A stretch of 64,000 nt of DNA from NCBI GenBank assembly GCA_038087875.1, contig CM075990.1, positions 1,054,001 to 1,118,000 on the forward strand. Reading direction: 5' to 3'. Positions 38,642-52,364 of the stretch are shown here, piece after piece (position 1 is the stretch's first letter; each line of letters opens with the position of its first letter). Origin of the DNA: Malacoraja senta. Taxonomy: Eukaryota. The notes beneath the pieces were generated by a model that worked only from the letters and a program-made list of their open reading frames with translations, did not search any database and was not told the origin of the DNA. The position numbers and the translations under genes were made by a program.

Positions 38642-40454
38642 TGGTGGAGTCTGTTATGATCACTGCTTTAGGAGACATTGGACAGGCACTTAAATAGGCC
38701 AAGCATAGAAGGTTATGAACCTAAAGCGGGTAAATGAGATAAGTCTAGCTGGGCAATATGGTCAGCATGGGCATGGTGGACCGAAGGGCCTGTTTCTGTG
38801 CTGTACAACTCTGACTAAAAAAAGGAGTGCATCTTTGTATATTCCCTCTTCCAGGAAATAGGGTAAACACTTAGGAATAAACGGATAATTATTTTTTTTT
38901 TAGTTGTGTTCACACAAACTACAAGGAAAGTAACAAAATTAGCCCTCGCTTAGATACCAAATCAAAGATTCAAATATAAAATGTGCTTAAAAATGGGAAA
39001 TGGTGGTATCTTCCTGGAAACTTGAACCAGAAAATGGTGGTTCAGAAGAATCATTAGACAAGCTTTTTAGGCCTAACACCAAGTGCTGATAAAGAATCCG
39101 TCTTTCCACAGACTGCCTGGCCTTTTGAATCTTTCCAACATTCACCTTTCTTTTCTGAATATCCAGCATCTGTATGTTTTCATTTTCATATCCTGGAGAG
39201 CTGACTGTGCTTCATATTATTAATTTGTAATCCTGATTGAAAAGTTAAATCATGAACAACAATCAAATTGATTGATGATTTTCATATTTTGCAAAACAAA
39301 TTTTCAGGTTGAAAAATCACTGGTGCAATTAAGCTGAAGCGTCACTATAGCTATATCTGTGTATCGGCTGCAGGGAGTTTTGTACTTCGTGCAAACATAG
39401 CAAAGGCAAGATAAGCCCATGCAACCCACCAATACATGTTTATGCCACTAGGTGGTGCAATGGCACTAATTTCCTCCAATGGCACTAGTTTCTAACATCA
39501 CTATGGGCAAAGATTTCTTTATTATTTCTTGCTGTGTTTATGCATCTCAAAAATAGTGAGTTTTGCTCTCTCTCAACCACATTCTTTTTAGATGATAGTT
39601 GCTATTTTAGTTGCAATCCAGGAACTGGATTGTAACTGTTTAACTCAGTTCTCTGGAGAACATGGATAGGTGACGTTTCAAATCAGACCCTTCTTCAAAC
39701 CAGTCTGGAGAAGGATCCCGACCTGAAAAATCATCTATTCATGTTCTGCAAAGATGCTGCTTGACTGACTTAGTTACTCCACCATTTTGTGCCCTTTTAT
39801 TTGTAAACTAGCAGCTGCAGTTCCTTCTTTGTACATGTCTAAATCAGTTTCTACACGTCTAAAATTTGCGACCGACAGCAGAGGGAGTATAACTCGTGTT
39901 ATAGCACCAGCGAGGTTTAGAGATTTGAGGCCATTCAACGCATAATGTCAGAAAGTGGATCACCTCACGGCCTGTTCTTGGTTCACGAACGCCCAACGTT
40001 GACCCCCCCCTCCCCCTCCCCCCCCCCCTACATACACATTGGTGTGCATGATATTATTAAATTCAAAAGTCTGTCGTAGGTTAATTCCTATGAGAGGCAG
40101 AGCTAGTTTCCTCCCCTCGTCACTTTTAGTCAATGTTCTTGTCAGTCTTGTGTGCTTTTGATGCCACTCATTACAATACAGTGCAGGTATGGTTATCATA
40201 TCAAGTGATTTGTGTATTTTCCAATTTACAGACAAGATTAACATGGACATCTCTTAAAACAGATCTCTTTTGTTCCCTGGGGATAATTTGTGTTCAGTTA
40301 AACTTTCCCGCTGCAACCACCACCCAGCCTCTTGCGTCTATTCTTTGATAATGTGATAGTTTCCCGTCAAATATTGCAATTGATTATGCTTTACACTAAA
40401 AGTGGAGGTTGCTTTACTGTAAATAATGATACGCTGGTACCAATCATAGCTGAT

Positions 40455-40760
40455 TTAGACTTTAGAGATACAGCGTAGAAACAGCCCCTTCGGTCCACCG
40501 AGTCCGTGCCGTGATCACCCCTTACACTGGTACTATCCTACACACGAGGGCAATTTACAATTTTTACCAAAGCTAATTAGCCTACATACCTGTACGTCTT
40601 TGTAGTGTGGAAGGAAACCGGATCACCCTGAGAAAACCTATGTGGTCATAGAGAGAATGTACAAACTCAGTCAGGAACGAACCAGGCCTGAAGTCAAGAT
40701 CGAACCCGGGTCTTTGGTGCTGCACAGCAGCAACTTTACCGCTGCACCACTGCCGCCCTG
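40455..40760 (-). mobile_element. V-SINE
   Basis: family consensus. Confidence 0.82.
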
Positions 40761-41430
40761 AATGTTTACCAAACTATAAAATTAGCTGTAATATTCTTAT
40801 TTTCCACAGATTCAGCTGTTATATTCCTACTTCCCACAGATGTTGGTGACATTTTTCACCATTATTGGTGACCAAAATGACTGACAATTTCTGGTTTGGG
40901 GTTGCAGCTGCTGTAAGCCCTGCTGTACAAGTTGCCTTGGAGGCACAAGGACGAGCTCCAAGTCCTTGGAACAATTTAGATAAAGCTGGAGTGGAATCTT
41001 TGTTTGGGGAAGAAGGACAGGGTGTTTGGTACTTCCTTAATGGGGAAGACATGGGTGAAGAAAGGAAGTGGAAATGGATGGGTCCTGGTTATTATGTCAG
41101 ATGAGTCACAGCTAGAAATGAGAAATAGACAATATAGGAATAAACTTGTGGGTGTGATTGGTCCAGGAGGAGAAATAAAACTGGTGTTTGGTTCAACCTT
41201 GTTCAGGGCAGAGAACATACAGTGTTACGTGTTAACCAGAGAGAGCTTCATCAGCTGCAAGACATTTGTAATCTGCTTTTTTCTGTTAGAGGCACCATGT
41301 AAATTTAGATTCTACCTTTCTCTTTTTATATAGTGCTGCATTAATTCATAATGTGAAAATCTATTCGTGTCATGCGAATGCTGACGAAACTGAAATTAAT
41401 AGTAAATTTGTGCTTTTTACATTCAATCAG

Positions 41431-41561
41431 GCAGAAGATGGATAAAACAGATGTTTATCGGGGCTTTTCTGATCCCAGCCATGGTGTGTGGAACCGCATT
41501 CTTCATCAACTTCATTGCGATCTATTATCACGCATCACGGGCCATTCCTTTTGGAACAATG
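41431..41561 (+). CDS. TM9SF3: TM9SF3 exon 9 equivalent
   Basis: tcag|...|gtaagc, 131 nt; [44 protein letters not shown]. Confidence 0.97.
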
Positions 41562-41784
41562 GTAAGCATGGCAGCAATAAATGGTAGTGGGCTTTCATGG
41601 AGATAAGTGTAGATTACAAATGCTCTTCAGCTTGCCCTTCCATACAACATTAAAGCAGTTCCCTCTACCACAAAATCTGTTGTGTGAATAAAGGCAGTAT
41701 AAACAGTGAACAGGTCACTTGCATCTGTGGAAAGAAACAGTGAATGGTTGTCACGGCAAGTACATCAGAATATTGAGGCTTCTA

Positions 41785-42901
41785 CATGATGGCATGTCTG
41801 TCACAGTGCTCAGTAACTGAGTCCGAGCCCTTCACTGTGGAAATGGGGGTCATCGCACCAACCCTGTTTGTCCCCTTCATTGCTGCCATACTTCACCTCA
41901 TTGGTGAAGAGCATCCACAGGCGATCCCAATCCTCTACAGAACTGACAGTGGGCTCTTCAACCTTAACAGGTTGAAGGCCAAGAGCAAAGTCAGTAACAC
42001 CGCCATCATGGAACTTCAGTATGCGGACGAATGCGCCATTGCAGCACACTCTGCAGAAGACCTCCAGGACATCTTGAATGCCTTTGCCAATTCATACAGA
42101 GCCATGGGCCTAGCCTTAAATATCAAGAAGACCCAGGTCCTACATCAACCTCCACCCAACCAGCCATCAACCATCACCTGCGTTGTGCCAGCGGAGCCTA
42201 CGCCACTCGGGAAAAGAGTCTTTGAAGACCGAGACCTAAAGGCTCAAACAAAACTGCTGGTCTACAGAGCCGTTGTCCTCTCCACCCTGTTATATGGAGC
42301 CGAGTCATGGACCACCTACAGCAGGCACCTGAGAGCCCTGGAACAATACCATCAAAGTTCCTTATGAAAGATTCTGAGGATCAGCTGGGAGGACAAACGC
42401 ACCAACATCCATGTTTTGGAGGAAGCCAACATGACCAGCATCAACATCACAATAATGCAGCACCAACTTCGATGGACTGGCCATGTCATCTGCATGTCCA
42501 ACACACGTCTCCCTAAACAAATCCTGTACTCTCAATTGAAGGAAGGTCGGCGAGCCCCCGGCGGGCCAAAGTAACGCTTCAAGGGCAACATCAAGAACAG
42601 TCTGAAGAAATTCTACATCAAATCAAGCAACTGGGAGCACGTTGCACAGGACAGGCGCTCCTGGAGGAAATCTGTGCAGGAAGGAGCTGCACTTCATGAA
42701 ATGGAACTACGCCGTGTGGCAGAGACAAAGCGACAGCACAGTAAGGAGAGAGAGAAGGGGGCTCGACGACTACCAACCACCGCCAGTCTCCACTGCCCAC
42801 GTTGCACCAAGGTGTGTACTGACATCTGCAGACCCACAAGTAGACGACCCTATGTAGAGGAGAGGACAGTTATACTCATTTCGAGTGACCGCCGATGATG
42901 A
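41785..42901 (+). mobile_element. RTE-clade LINE, 5'-truncated and internally deleted
   Basis: ELQYADECA...LNIKKTQVL...YRAVVLSTLLYGAESWT...QLRWTGHV; short (GAT)n tail. Confidence 0.88.
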
Positions 42902-45144
42902 AATTGAGATAATAAGTTTTAAAGTTGCAAGAGTCGGTGAATGTGACAGAAAATCTCTTTGATAGCTGAAAGGCAGCTGAGCGCAAAGGGTGTTAATACT
43001 TTCGAAGAATTTCATTGGCAAACTCTTTGAAATCATAAGTATGCAGATGACAGAAAAAATGGCAGAGTTGTGGATAGCGAGGAAGATTGTCTCAGGATTC
43101 AGCAAGATGTGGAGCAGTAACAAAAATGGGCAGAAACATGGCAGATGGAGTTGAATCCAGTCATGAGTGAGATGCTGCAATTGGTATTGATTTATTATTG
43201 TCACTTTGGCAAAAATATTGTTTGGTGTGCAGTCCAGGCATATCATACCAAACAACAGGTAGTGCAGAGTGCAGAATATAGTGTGTAGGAAGGATCAGCA
43301 GATGCTGGTTTATACTGAAGATGGACACACAAAGCTGAAGTAACTCAGCGGGTCAGGCAGCATCTCTGGTGAAAAGGAATAGGTGACATTTCGGGTTAAG
43401 ATCCTTCTCTTTCCCCTGCCTCGGTCTGAAGAAGGGTCTCGACCCGAAACATCACGTATATCTTTTCTGCAGAGATGCTGCCTGATCCGCTAAGTTTCTC
43501 CATCGTTTGGTGTCTATCTGCTGTGTTACAGCTGCGAATTAAAATACATTGAAGGGTCGCAATAAGGTAGATTGAAAGATGCTGAATTTATCCCTAGCAA
43601 ATGACAAGCAAGTGGGACTAGCTCAGTTAAGCAACTTAATCGCCATGGACGAGTTGGGCCGAGCGGCCAGTCTCCTTGCTATACAGTTTATGTTGCACAG
43701 GACAGGCGCTCCTGGAGGAAATCTGTGCAGGAAGGAGCTGCACTTCATGAAATGGAACTACGCCGTGTGGCAGAGACAAAGCGACAGCACAGTAAGGAGA
43801 GAGAGAGGTGGGCTCGACGACTCAATGGTCTGAAAAGAGTTCCTGTACTAAAACCATCTCTGATTCCCTTTTGCCCTGGTTCTGGTATTGGTTGTATTTG
43901 TAAACAGTCAATGCTAAGGCATCAATGGTTGAATCATTCTCAAAGCTAAATGAATAAATATCATACTTACCAATGGAGTTTGCAAAGTTGAAATTCTAAT
44001 AATGCTTTAAGTTAAATTCATCCTTATTTGGTCTACGCTACATTTAAGCTCAGTATTACACAGTATCATTATTTGTTTGCTCTAATTATGGACAAGTAAT
44101 ACCAGACAATCGTTATTGCTTTTTAATAGTGTTAAACAGAGTTAATCTTCACATGAGGAATATTTTCATTACCTCAATGTGGAAGAACCAAAATTGGTTT
44201 TGTACATGAAACCTTGGATTGGAAAGATATAACTCATTCATTTTCTTCTTTTAGCTGTGGGCATTATATTGTCTTAATTTTATGGCTAACCAAGATAAAT
44301 AGCCACTTTTTTTGCCCTACAGGGTAGAGGAGTCTAAAACTAGAGGGCACAAGTTCAGAGTGAGAGGGGAAAGATTGAAAGTGGAGCTGAGGGGGCAAGT
44401 ACTTTACAGTTGCCCCTTGACTCCACTACTTCACACACAGGGTGGCGCTTATTGAACGAGCTGTCTGGGGAGGTGGTGGAGCCATGTATCATTGCGACAT
44501 TTTGAGAGAGACTTGGACGATGATGTGGATGAAGAGGGGTTTGGAAAGATGAGGGCCAGGCACAAGCAAGTGGGACTAGCTCAGTTAAGCAACTTAATCG
44601 CCATGGACGAGTTGGGCCGAGCGGCCAGTCTCCTTGCTATACAGTTTATGAATCTCGAATTAGCTGTACCTTAATGGGCTCTGGTGTCATCATTTAATTG
44701 CCCACAATACCTATTATGCTAATACCATACAAAGAAAGCTCTTGGTTTGAAAAATTATTTAGCAGATGACATGTCTTTTTGCATCAACCTGACATTTATA
44801 AATGTTTTGCACGTGACACTACAGACTCAATGTTTTTTATGATTGTATTCATACCAATGATGGTTTGCAGTATGTAAAAAACAAGGAACTAAATGCTGGT
44901 TTACAAAAAAAGACCAAGTGCTGGAGGAACTCAGCGGGTTAGGCAGCATCCCTGGAGAATGTGGGAGAAATTCTTCAAAGTCGGCACTTATCCTTGTTCT
45001 CCAGCAATGCTATCTGCCATGCTGAGTTTCTCCAGCACTTTGTGTCTTTTATGGTTGACAGTTTGTGAGAATATTTTAGTGGTGCAGTAACTTCGCGCAG
45101 CAAGGTTAAATTGACTCTAAGATGCTTGTTTTCCTCTTTCAAAG

Positions 45145-45284
45145 GTTGCCGTTTGCTCCATTTGTTTTTTTGTCATCCTCCCACTGAATTTAGTGGGGAC
45201 TATTCTTGGTAGAAATATGTCAGGACAGCCCAACTTCCCTTGCCGTGTAAATGCAGTGCCACGTCCAATTCCAGAGAAGAAGTG
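45145..45284 (+). CDS. TM9SF3: TM9SF3 exon 10 equivalent
   Basis: aaag|...|gtaagt, 140 nt; [46 protein letters not shown](W). Confidence 0.97.
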
Positions 45285-45727
45285 GTAAGTAGATGTAAAG
45301 ATTTATTAACAATTTATTCAGTTCATTATATGATTTAGAGAAATCAGCATTTTAAACTCTGTTAAAACGTCAGCTTTTGCAAGCAGCAGAAATTATTTGC
45401 TGGACAAAACTCTTAAATCAACGCTGCTAGTTCATTTTGTTTACTGAGCTTTCAATGATCAGTGTGTCTTTCTAGCACAAGGCAGTCATTTCATCTTTTG
45501 AGTTTTATGGCGGAAATTGGTTTAATACAATTCACAGTTCTCTTTATTCTGCGAACGCAAGGAATATATCTCGGTATTTGGAATGCTATCTTGGAGGAGA
45601 CTCGCTCTTAGAACCAAAATAAATGGCTTCTTCACACTGAAAATATCGGAAAATGCCGCGGCAATGGGTGATGCGTTCTATTCTAGCTTTGTGCTCACTG
45701 GTGCTGACTTTAACCGTGTGTTTGCAG

Positions 45728-45796
45728 GTTTATGGAGCCAGCTGTTATCGTATGCCTTGGTGGAATCTTGCCATTTGGTTCTATTTTTATTGAGAT
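45728..45796 (+). CDS. TM9SF3: TM9SF3 exon 11 equivalent
   Basis: tttgcag|...|gtaagt, 69 nt; FMEPAVIVCLGGILPFGSIFIE(M). Confidence 0.96.
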
Positions 45797-47766
45797 GTAA
45801 GTTTTGTTTTACTTTTATACGGCAACAAAAAAATGTTGTCGGCTTGGTTTTTCTGCAGGCAGTGGTATTCTCTACAGAATGTTTACATAACGGCCAAAGA
45901 TGATATGGTTTCTGTGCATTGATTGCACTTCCCTGACAGTGACTGCCATCAGGGATCTGTTCAGTGAGGTACAGGTTATCCAGTATCACAAGATGTCACC
46001 AAGCTCACTTAACAGCCAACCACATAGTTCACTGATACTTTATTGTCACATGTACCAAGGTTCAGTGAAATGCTTTGTACAACCCAGTAAATTCATGCAG
46101 CAGACCTCACCGGGGCAGTACACGAGTCGCCACTTTTCTGGCGGCGACAAAGTTTCAAAAAGTTCACCAAACAGTCCTATCTACCGCCTGCTGCCACACG
46201 TGATGGCAGGCAGCCCCCCCTGCCGGGTCCCCCTTTGTTCTCGACGTGTCCCCCTTCATTCAGGATGCCCCCCCCCCCGTGGAATTTTCAAACAGTACCA
46301 GTTTTAACAAATGTTGTAAGGTGTAGATGGGATTGAGATATAATTATATGTTATAAATATTGGAAAAAGGTTGCATTTAAAATGCAGGAATTTGAATCAG
46401 GGAATGAAAATTCTCACGATTGTTGGAGAACTAGAAGTTTTGAACATTACTTGGGGTTCTGTTCACAGTAGGAGGAAAATTAATTTACTTGAGCTGCGGA
46501 CTGAGATTTGCCATCACAAGTATAAAAGCGGTATCATTTTATTGTATAGTTTGTGGCTAAATTCATAACTTGCTTTGTTTTAAAGGCGTTGAATGATCAA
46601 CATTAATGTATAAAATAAAACAATCTGTAAAGATGCAAACAATTATAAAATAGTGATATCAATGTAGCTGATGTGGGAACGGATCTGCCACTCGGGCCAG
46701 GCCGCAGGGGACAAATTCCACCCACCAATCGGTCGAGATCGGCCACCTCACTCTGTCTAGGTCCCACGTTTTGGGGGAAACTTCCTGGGAGAATTTCAAG
46801 TGCGCTCTCTAAATGTAATTGCCAACAAAATTATATTTGGAAGCGTTTTGGAAAATTCATGCTGTTTGGTTATTTAAGCTAGTTAACTTGGATTCACCCT
46901 TGGGAGAAAGTTTAAAGCTTGACGTAAGCTCACTGCAATAATTTTAATTCCACCTTGAATTTGGATAACTCCCTTTCAGAAACACATTAATTTATATTTG
47001 AACATGTTTCAGAGGAAAGAGCAACATTAGAAATTGCTAGAAGCAATTGGAAGATCAGGCAGCATCTACGGGAAGAGAAACAGTTAATGTTTCTGTTGAT
47101 CTAAGGTTATCAACCTGAACACTAATTATTTTGTTTTCTCCACAGATACTGTTTGATCTGATGAATATTTATAGCATTTTTATCTGTAGGAAGGAAGGGG
47201 TAGGCCATTCAGGTCTGAGATTGAAACAAACGTCATCACCCAGAGAGTTGTGAATGTGTGGAATTCTCTGCCACAGAAGGCAGTGGAGGCCACTTCACTT
47301 GATGTTTTCAAGAGAGAGTTAGATTTGGCTCTTAGAGCTAAAGGAATCAAGGGATATGGGGAAAAAGCAGGAACAGGGTACTGATTTTAGATGATCAGCC
47401 ATGACCATATTGAATCAATGGTCATGGCTGGCTCAAAGGGCCGAATGGCCGACTACTGCACCTGTTTTTCTATGTTTATGTAACTGCAGATGCTGGTTTA
47501 CACCGAAGTTAGACACCAAATGCTGGAGTAACTCAGCGGGGCAGGCTGTAACTCAGGAGAGAAGAAAGAACCCATTGCTTCTCTCGAGAGATGCTGCCTG
47601 TCCTGCTGAGTTACCTCCAGCATTTTGTGTCTGCACCATTTATTACGTTAGGGTTCCAGCATCTACAGTTTATTGTTTTTTGATAAGAAAGCAACCAAGA
47701 CCTGCTTGAAAATAGAATTAGCTTAATATAATTTAAGCCTAGGCCTAGCCCATTCATTCACAGCAG

Positions 47767-47913
47767 AATAGACACAAAAAGCTGCTCAGAGGGACAGGCA
47801 GCATCTCTGTGAGAAGGAATGGGTGACGTTTTAGGTCGATACCTTCTGAAGAGTTACTCCAGCTTTTTGTGTCTGTCTTTGGTTTAAACCAGCATCTGCA
47901 GTTCCTTCCTACA
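47767..47913. mobile_element. Penelope-derived inverted-pLTR insert with 12-bp TSD
   Basis: TSD CATTCACAGCAG (47755-66 and 47914-25). Confidence 0.8.
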
Positions 47914-48914
47914 CATTCACAGCAGGAGTTTGAATCACACCACAGCAGAATTTAAATTCATGTAGTTAAGTAAGCCTAGAATCAAATGTTGGTTACGTTT
48001 ATGGATTATGAGCAACTCATTCAAGTCCGTGCCAGCCACAGATTTACTGAGCATGTTGGCAACATTGTCATCCAGATTGTTAATATAGATGACAACCAAC
48101 AGTGGGCCCAGCACCAATCCCTGCAGCACACCACTGATCACAGGTTTCCCATCTCAATGTCAACTTTCCACTGCCCCATTTTGATTCCTTTCACTAAGCC
48201 AATGTTGTGTCCATTTGGCTGGGTCATCCTGGATGCCGTGTAATCTAAGCTTGCAGACTTGCCTAATATACTTACCTAATTTCGTTCAGACCGAAAGGTC
48301 TGAATGACAATAAAGGAAATCTCTCTTAATCTCTCTCTATACGGGACCTTGTCAAAGGTCTCGCAAATGTCTATGTAGATAACTTCCACTGCCATCTCCT
48401 CGTCAATCTTCCTCGTTATCTCTTCAAAAAAAACTCCGTCAAATTAGTGGCGTGATTTCCCATGCTCAAAGCCATGCTGGCTATCAGTCCTTGCTTTTAC
48501 AAATACAAGTAAATTCTATCTCTCAGAATTGGGAACAGCATTGCCAGCTCTGGCTGGGCCGGAGTTACAGAGCCCCATCAACAGGGAGCATATTGGAGCC
48601 GCAGATCGGCCACGCAAGTCCCGATAAGGTTGATATTGGCTGCCTCACCCGGCCTAGGTGCCACATATTCGGGGGCGGCTTCGAGGGGGAATTTCAAATG
48701 CTCTCATCATTTTATCTGGATTAAAGGAGGTGCCGGACCACCGGTTGCTGGAAAATCGGCGGTGGACCTGTATATTGATGAGGCGATTGCTGCGGTTTAA
48801 TTGGATTCCAGTGAGGCCTTGTCCAAGGTCCTACATGAAAGGTTCTTACAGAAGATTAGAGCAAATGGGATCCAAAACAAGTTAGCAACTTGTATCCAAG
48901 ATTGGCTTTGTAAT

Positions 48915-49545
48915 TGGAAACAGCTGTTCTTGAACCTGTGGTCACAGTTTTCAGGCTCCTGTACCATCTTCCCGATGGTAGTAGCAAAATGAGAGTGTAC
49001 TCGGGGTAGTGTGGTTCTTTGGTATTGGCTGCTTTTTGTGAGGCAATGCCACCTATTGATCCGTGTAGGAAGGAACTGCAGATGCTGGTTTGCACCGAAG
49101 AGAGACACAAAATGCTGGAATAACTCAGCGGGACAGGCAGCATCTCTGGAGAGAAGGAATGGGGGACGTTTCGGGTCAAGACCTTCTTCAAACTTCTTCA
49201 GAGTCTGAAGAAGGGTGTCGACCCGAAACATCACCCATTCTTTCTCTCCAGAGATGCTGCCTGTCTCACTGGGTTACTCCAGTATTTTGTGGCCACCTAT
49301 TGATCCCTTTGTTAGTGGGGAGGTCAGTATCTGGTGAACTGGGCAGTGCCTCCCACCCTCTGTAGTCTTCTTTGTGCCTGAGCATTTGGGTTGCTGAACC
49401 AGGCTGTGATGTAACCAGCCAGTGTGCTATCTACAGTAAACCTGTAGAGTATTTCTTGACATTCTGAATCTCCTCGGTCTTCTAAGTAGAGGCATTGATG
49501 AGGTTTCTTTGTGATTGTATCAATGTGCTGGGATGCTTTTAAATT
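48915..49545 (-). mobile_element. Rex1/Babar-like LINE fragment interrupted by a Penelope-derived insert
   Basis: LLPSGRWYRSLKT motif; similar to 22830-23260. Confidence 0.75.
49063..49291. mobile_element. Penelope-derived inverted-pLTR insert with 15-bp TSD
   Basis: TSD GCCACCTATTGATCC (49048-62 and 49292-306); two opposed pLTR halves. Confidence 0.85.
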
Positions 49546-50081
49546 GACGCCTCCTTAAGTTCTCACCTGTCCCAAATTGTTGAGGTGTTGGAAGTAACTT
49601 TTTCAACAATTTATTTTCAAATTGTTGAAACCGTTTGCAATTTGGAATGGTTTATTCTTGGCCATTCGCTTGTAAATAACTGATTTTGAAGCATTCCTTT
49701 CCATTTAAATAGTGGAATGCAGCATTCTTCAATGAAGCCTTACAGTATTCACATTTACGCAGGTGCAAGTGAGGTAGAGGAGGTGGGGAAATCATTTAGC
49801 AATACCAATACAGGACTCTGCTCATCCCGACCCACTGATCATTTTAAACAGGGTAAATCACTGATGATGGCCAATGGTGAGAGCACTTTCAGATGTGTGA
49901 AGAATGTATAGGAGGGTATTAAAGGGAACTGGGTCTTGGTGTTAATACACTGATTTAGTTGGCATTGCGAGATTACTGTGTGAATTTGTACAGTTGTCAT
50001 AAACTCTAAACTATAATCACTGAAGTTTAGACAGATCAATTTTAAAAGTGTATTGTAATTTACTGTTCTTCTCTCCTTTAG

Positions 50082-50228
50082 GTACTTCATCTTCACCTCT
50101 TTTTGGGCTTACAAGATATATTACGTATACGGTTTCATGATGCTTGTCCTGGTTATTCTCTGCATCGTGACCGTCTGCGTTACCATTGTCTGCACTTACT
50201 TTCTGCTAAATGCGGAAGATTACAGGTG
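50082..50228 (+). CDS. TM9SF3: TM9SF3 exon 12 equivalent
   Basis: ctttag|...|gtaagt, 147 nt; [48 protein letters not shown](W). Confidence 0.97.
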
Positions 50229-50269
50229 GTAAGTTCTCTCCCACCTATTGGTTAAATGTTCATGTACTG

Positions 50270-51618
50270 GAGGGTGAGACAGTGGTAGAGCTGCTGCCTT
50301 ACAGTGCCTGGGACCCAAGTTCGTTCCTGACCTCGGGTGCTCTCTCTGCAGTAAGTCCTACATGTGATCATGTGGGTTACCTCCGGGTGCTCCAGTTTCC
50401 TCCCACATCCCTAAGACGTGCAGGTTTGTAGGTTAATTGGCTTCTGTAAAATTGTCCATAGTGTGTAGGATGCCAAAATGGGATGACACCAATCCTGTGT
50501 ACGCAAGATCAATTGTTGGTGTGGACTCTGTGGGTCGATGGGCCTGTTTCCACACTATATCTCTGAGACTAAGCCGTGTGTGAGAAGGGCTTTAGTACAG
50601 AAGTGTTTCCTGTCACGCCAGTGAACCAGACTCTCAAAATATCTGATTGTGTTTAACTTTCACTTGGGTTCAGATTTGTTGATACCAAATGCCTCAGGTA
50701 CTTTGTCCAATTCACTGCTCTTCATATGGGAACCCAACTGTACTATTCAGCAGGTTTTGTAACACTAAAGGGCTTTGTATTTGAACCCCTCTGTACATGT
50801 ACAGCACATTACGATATGGTTTAGTTTAGGGATACAGTGTGGAAACAGTCCACACTGGCCAACAATCACCCCCACACTAGTTCTATGCTGCACAACAGGG
50901 ACAATTTGCAGCAGCCATTTAACCTACAAACCTGCACATATTTTGGATGCGAGAGGAAAGCGGAGCACCCAGAGAACACCCACGTGGTCACAGGGAGAAC
51001 GTACAAACTCCGTACAGACAGCGCTCGCAGCCGGGATTGAACCAGTGTCTCTGGCGCTACGAGGCAGCTACTCTACTGCTGCGCCACTGTACTGCCCCGA
51101 TGAGTTGAAGTATGGGTTGAAGTGTTGAACAAGAGCCATGGTTTTATATGTAAAATTCCCATTTGTTCAATAATACCTGCCAGGTTCGTCCTGTGATAAT
51201 GCGGAATTAATTTTACTTTGTGCCAAAATGCAGCTTAAAATACTTAAGAGATTGATTTAATATTACGATCAGTTAAATTGAGATTATAACAGCTTGTTTC
51301 AGAGACTGACAATCATGTGAAAAACATGGTGCTCCGTCAACTTTCATTGCAGCTGCGTTGACTTTACTTTAGACTTTAGAACACAGCGAGGATACATGCC
51401 CTACTGACGACTCAGTCCGTGCCGACCAGTGATCCCCACGCACTGGGAAATGTTACAAAGCTAATTAACCTACAAACCTGTACATCTTTGGCGTGCGGAA
51501 GGAAACCGGAGCACCCGGAGAAAGCCCATGTGGTCATGGGGAGAACGTACAAACTCCATACAAGAACCGGGGCTCTGGCGCTGTAAAGCAGCATCTCTAC
51601 TGCTGCGCCTATGTGCCG
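50270..51618. mobile_element. Three V-SINEs (50270-50570 +, 50818-51098 -, 51365-51618 -)
   Basis: family consensus in each. Confidence 0.8.
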
Positions 51619-52190
51619 CTTTTGAACCATCTGTCACCTGTTGCAACAAAGACCCCTGGGGTTAGATTTTTGCCATGTGACTGATCTTTGAATTGGTTGC
51701 AGCTTTTGGTTTGGAACAAAAACACTAGAATGAAAAGATCTGTTTCTAATCTAATAAAACTGCAGCTCTCTGATTTTGGACTGTTTTACGTTATAACATA
51801 ACGCCTCATAGAATGAAACGACAGCAATTCTCAAAGGAAGTGGTCCTCTATCTACTTAAAATTGCATTCTTTATGATTGCAAGTTTTTGTTACACGATGA
51901 GTGGTGGGTGTTGGAAACGTGCTGCCAGGGGAGTGAGATATGATAGTGCCTTTAGAGCAGCTTTAGGATAGACACATGGATATGCAGGGAATGGAAGGAT
52001 TCAGGTTATGTGCAAGGAGATAGATGTCTTGGCATCATGTTGGGCACAGACATTGTAGGCCCAAGAGCCTGTGCCTGTGATGTACTATGTTCTATGCTTT
52101 CCTGTTGTGGAATGTTTTAGTATGTAGTGTGATATTGAAGATTTTTGATTTAATGCACTTTTCTCAACATGAAACTTATTACTGTTGCAG

Positions 52191-52274
52191 GCAATGGACA
52201 AGCTTTCTTTCGGCAGCGTCTACTGCAGTCTATGTTTACATGTACTCCTTCTACTACTACTTCTTCAAAACAAA
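52191..52274 (+). CDS. TM9SF3: TM9SF3 exon 13 equivalent
   Basis: ttgcag|...|gtatgg, 84 nt; [27 protein letters not shown](K). Confidence 0.96.
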
Positions 52275-52364
52275 GTATGGAACCAGGTTTATTTGTCTAA
52301 CTTATAATTTTACTGTCATGCCAAATAAAGGTGTTCATAATGCATGATCGTGGTAAATTGGTTA

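Noticed and set aside
48530..48772. CpG-rich block ending GGACCTG|TA, possibly a Tigger/pogo-type transposon end
   Set aside because: Only one terminus is visible and there is no coding remnant, so it cannot be classified.
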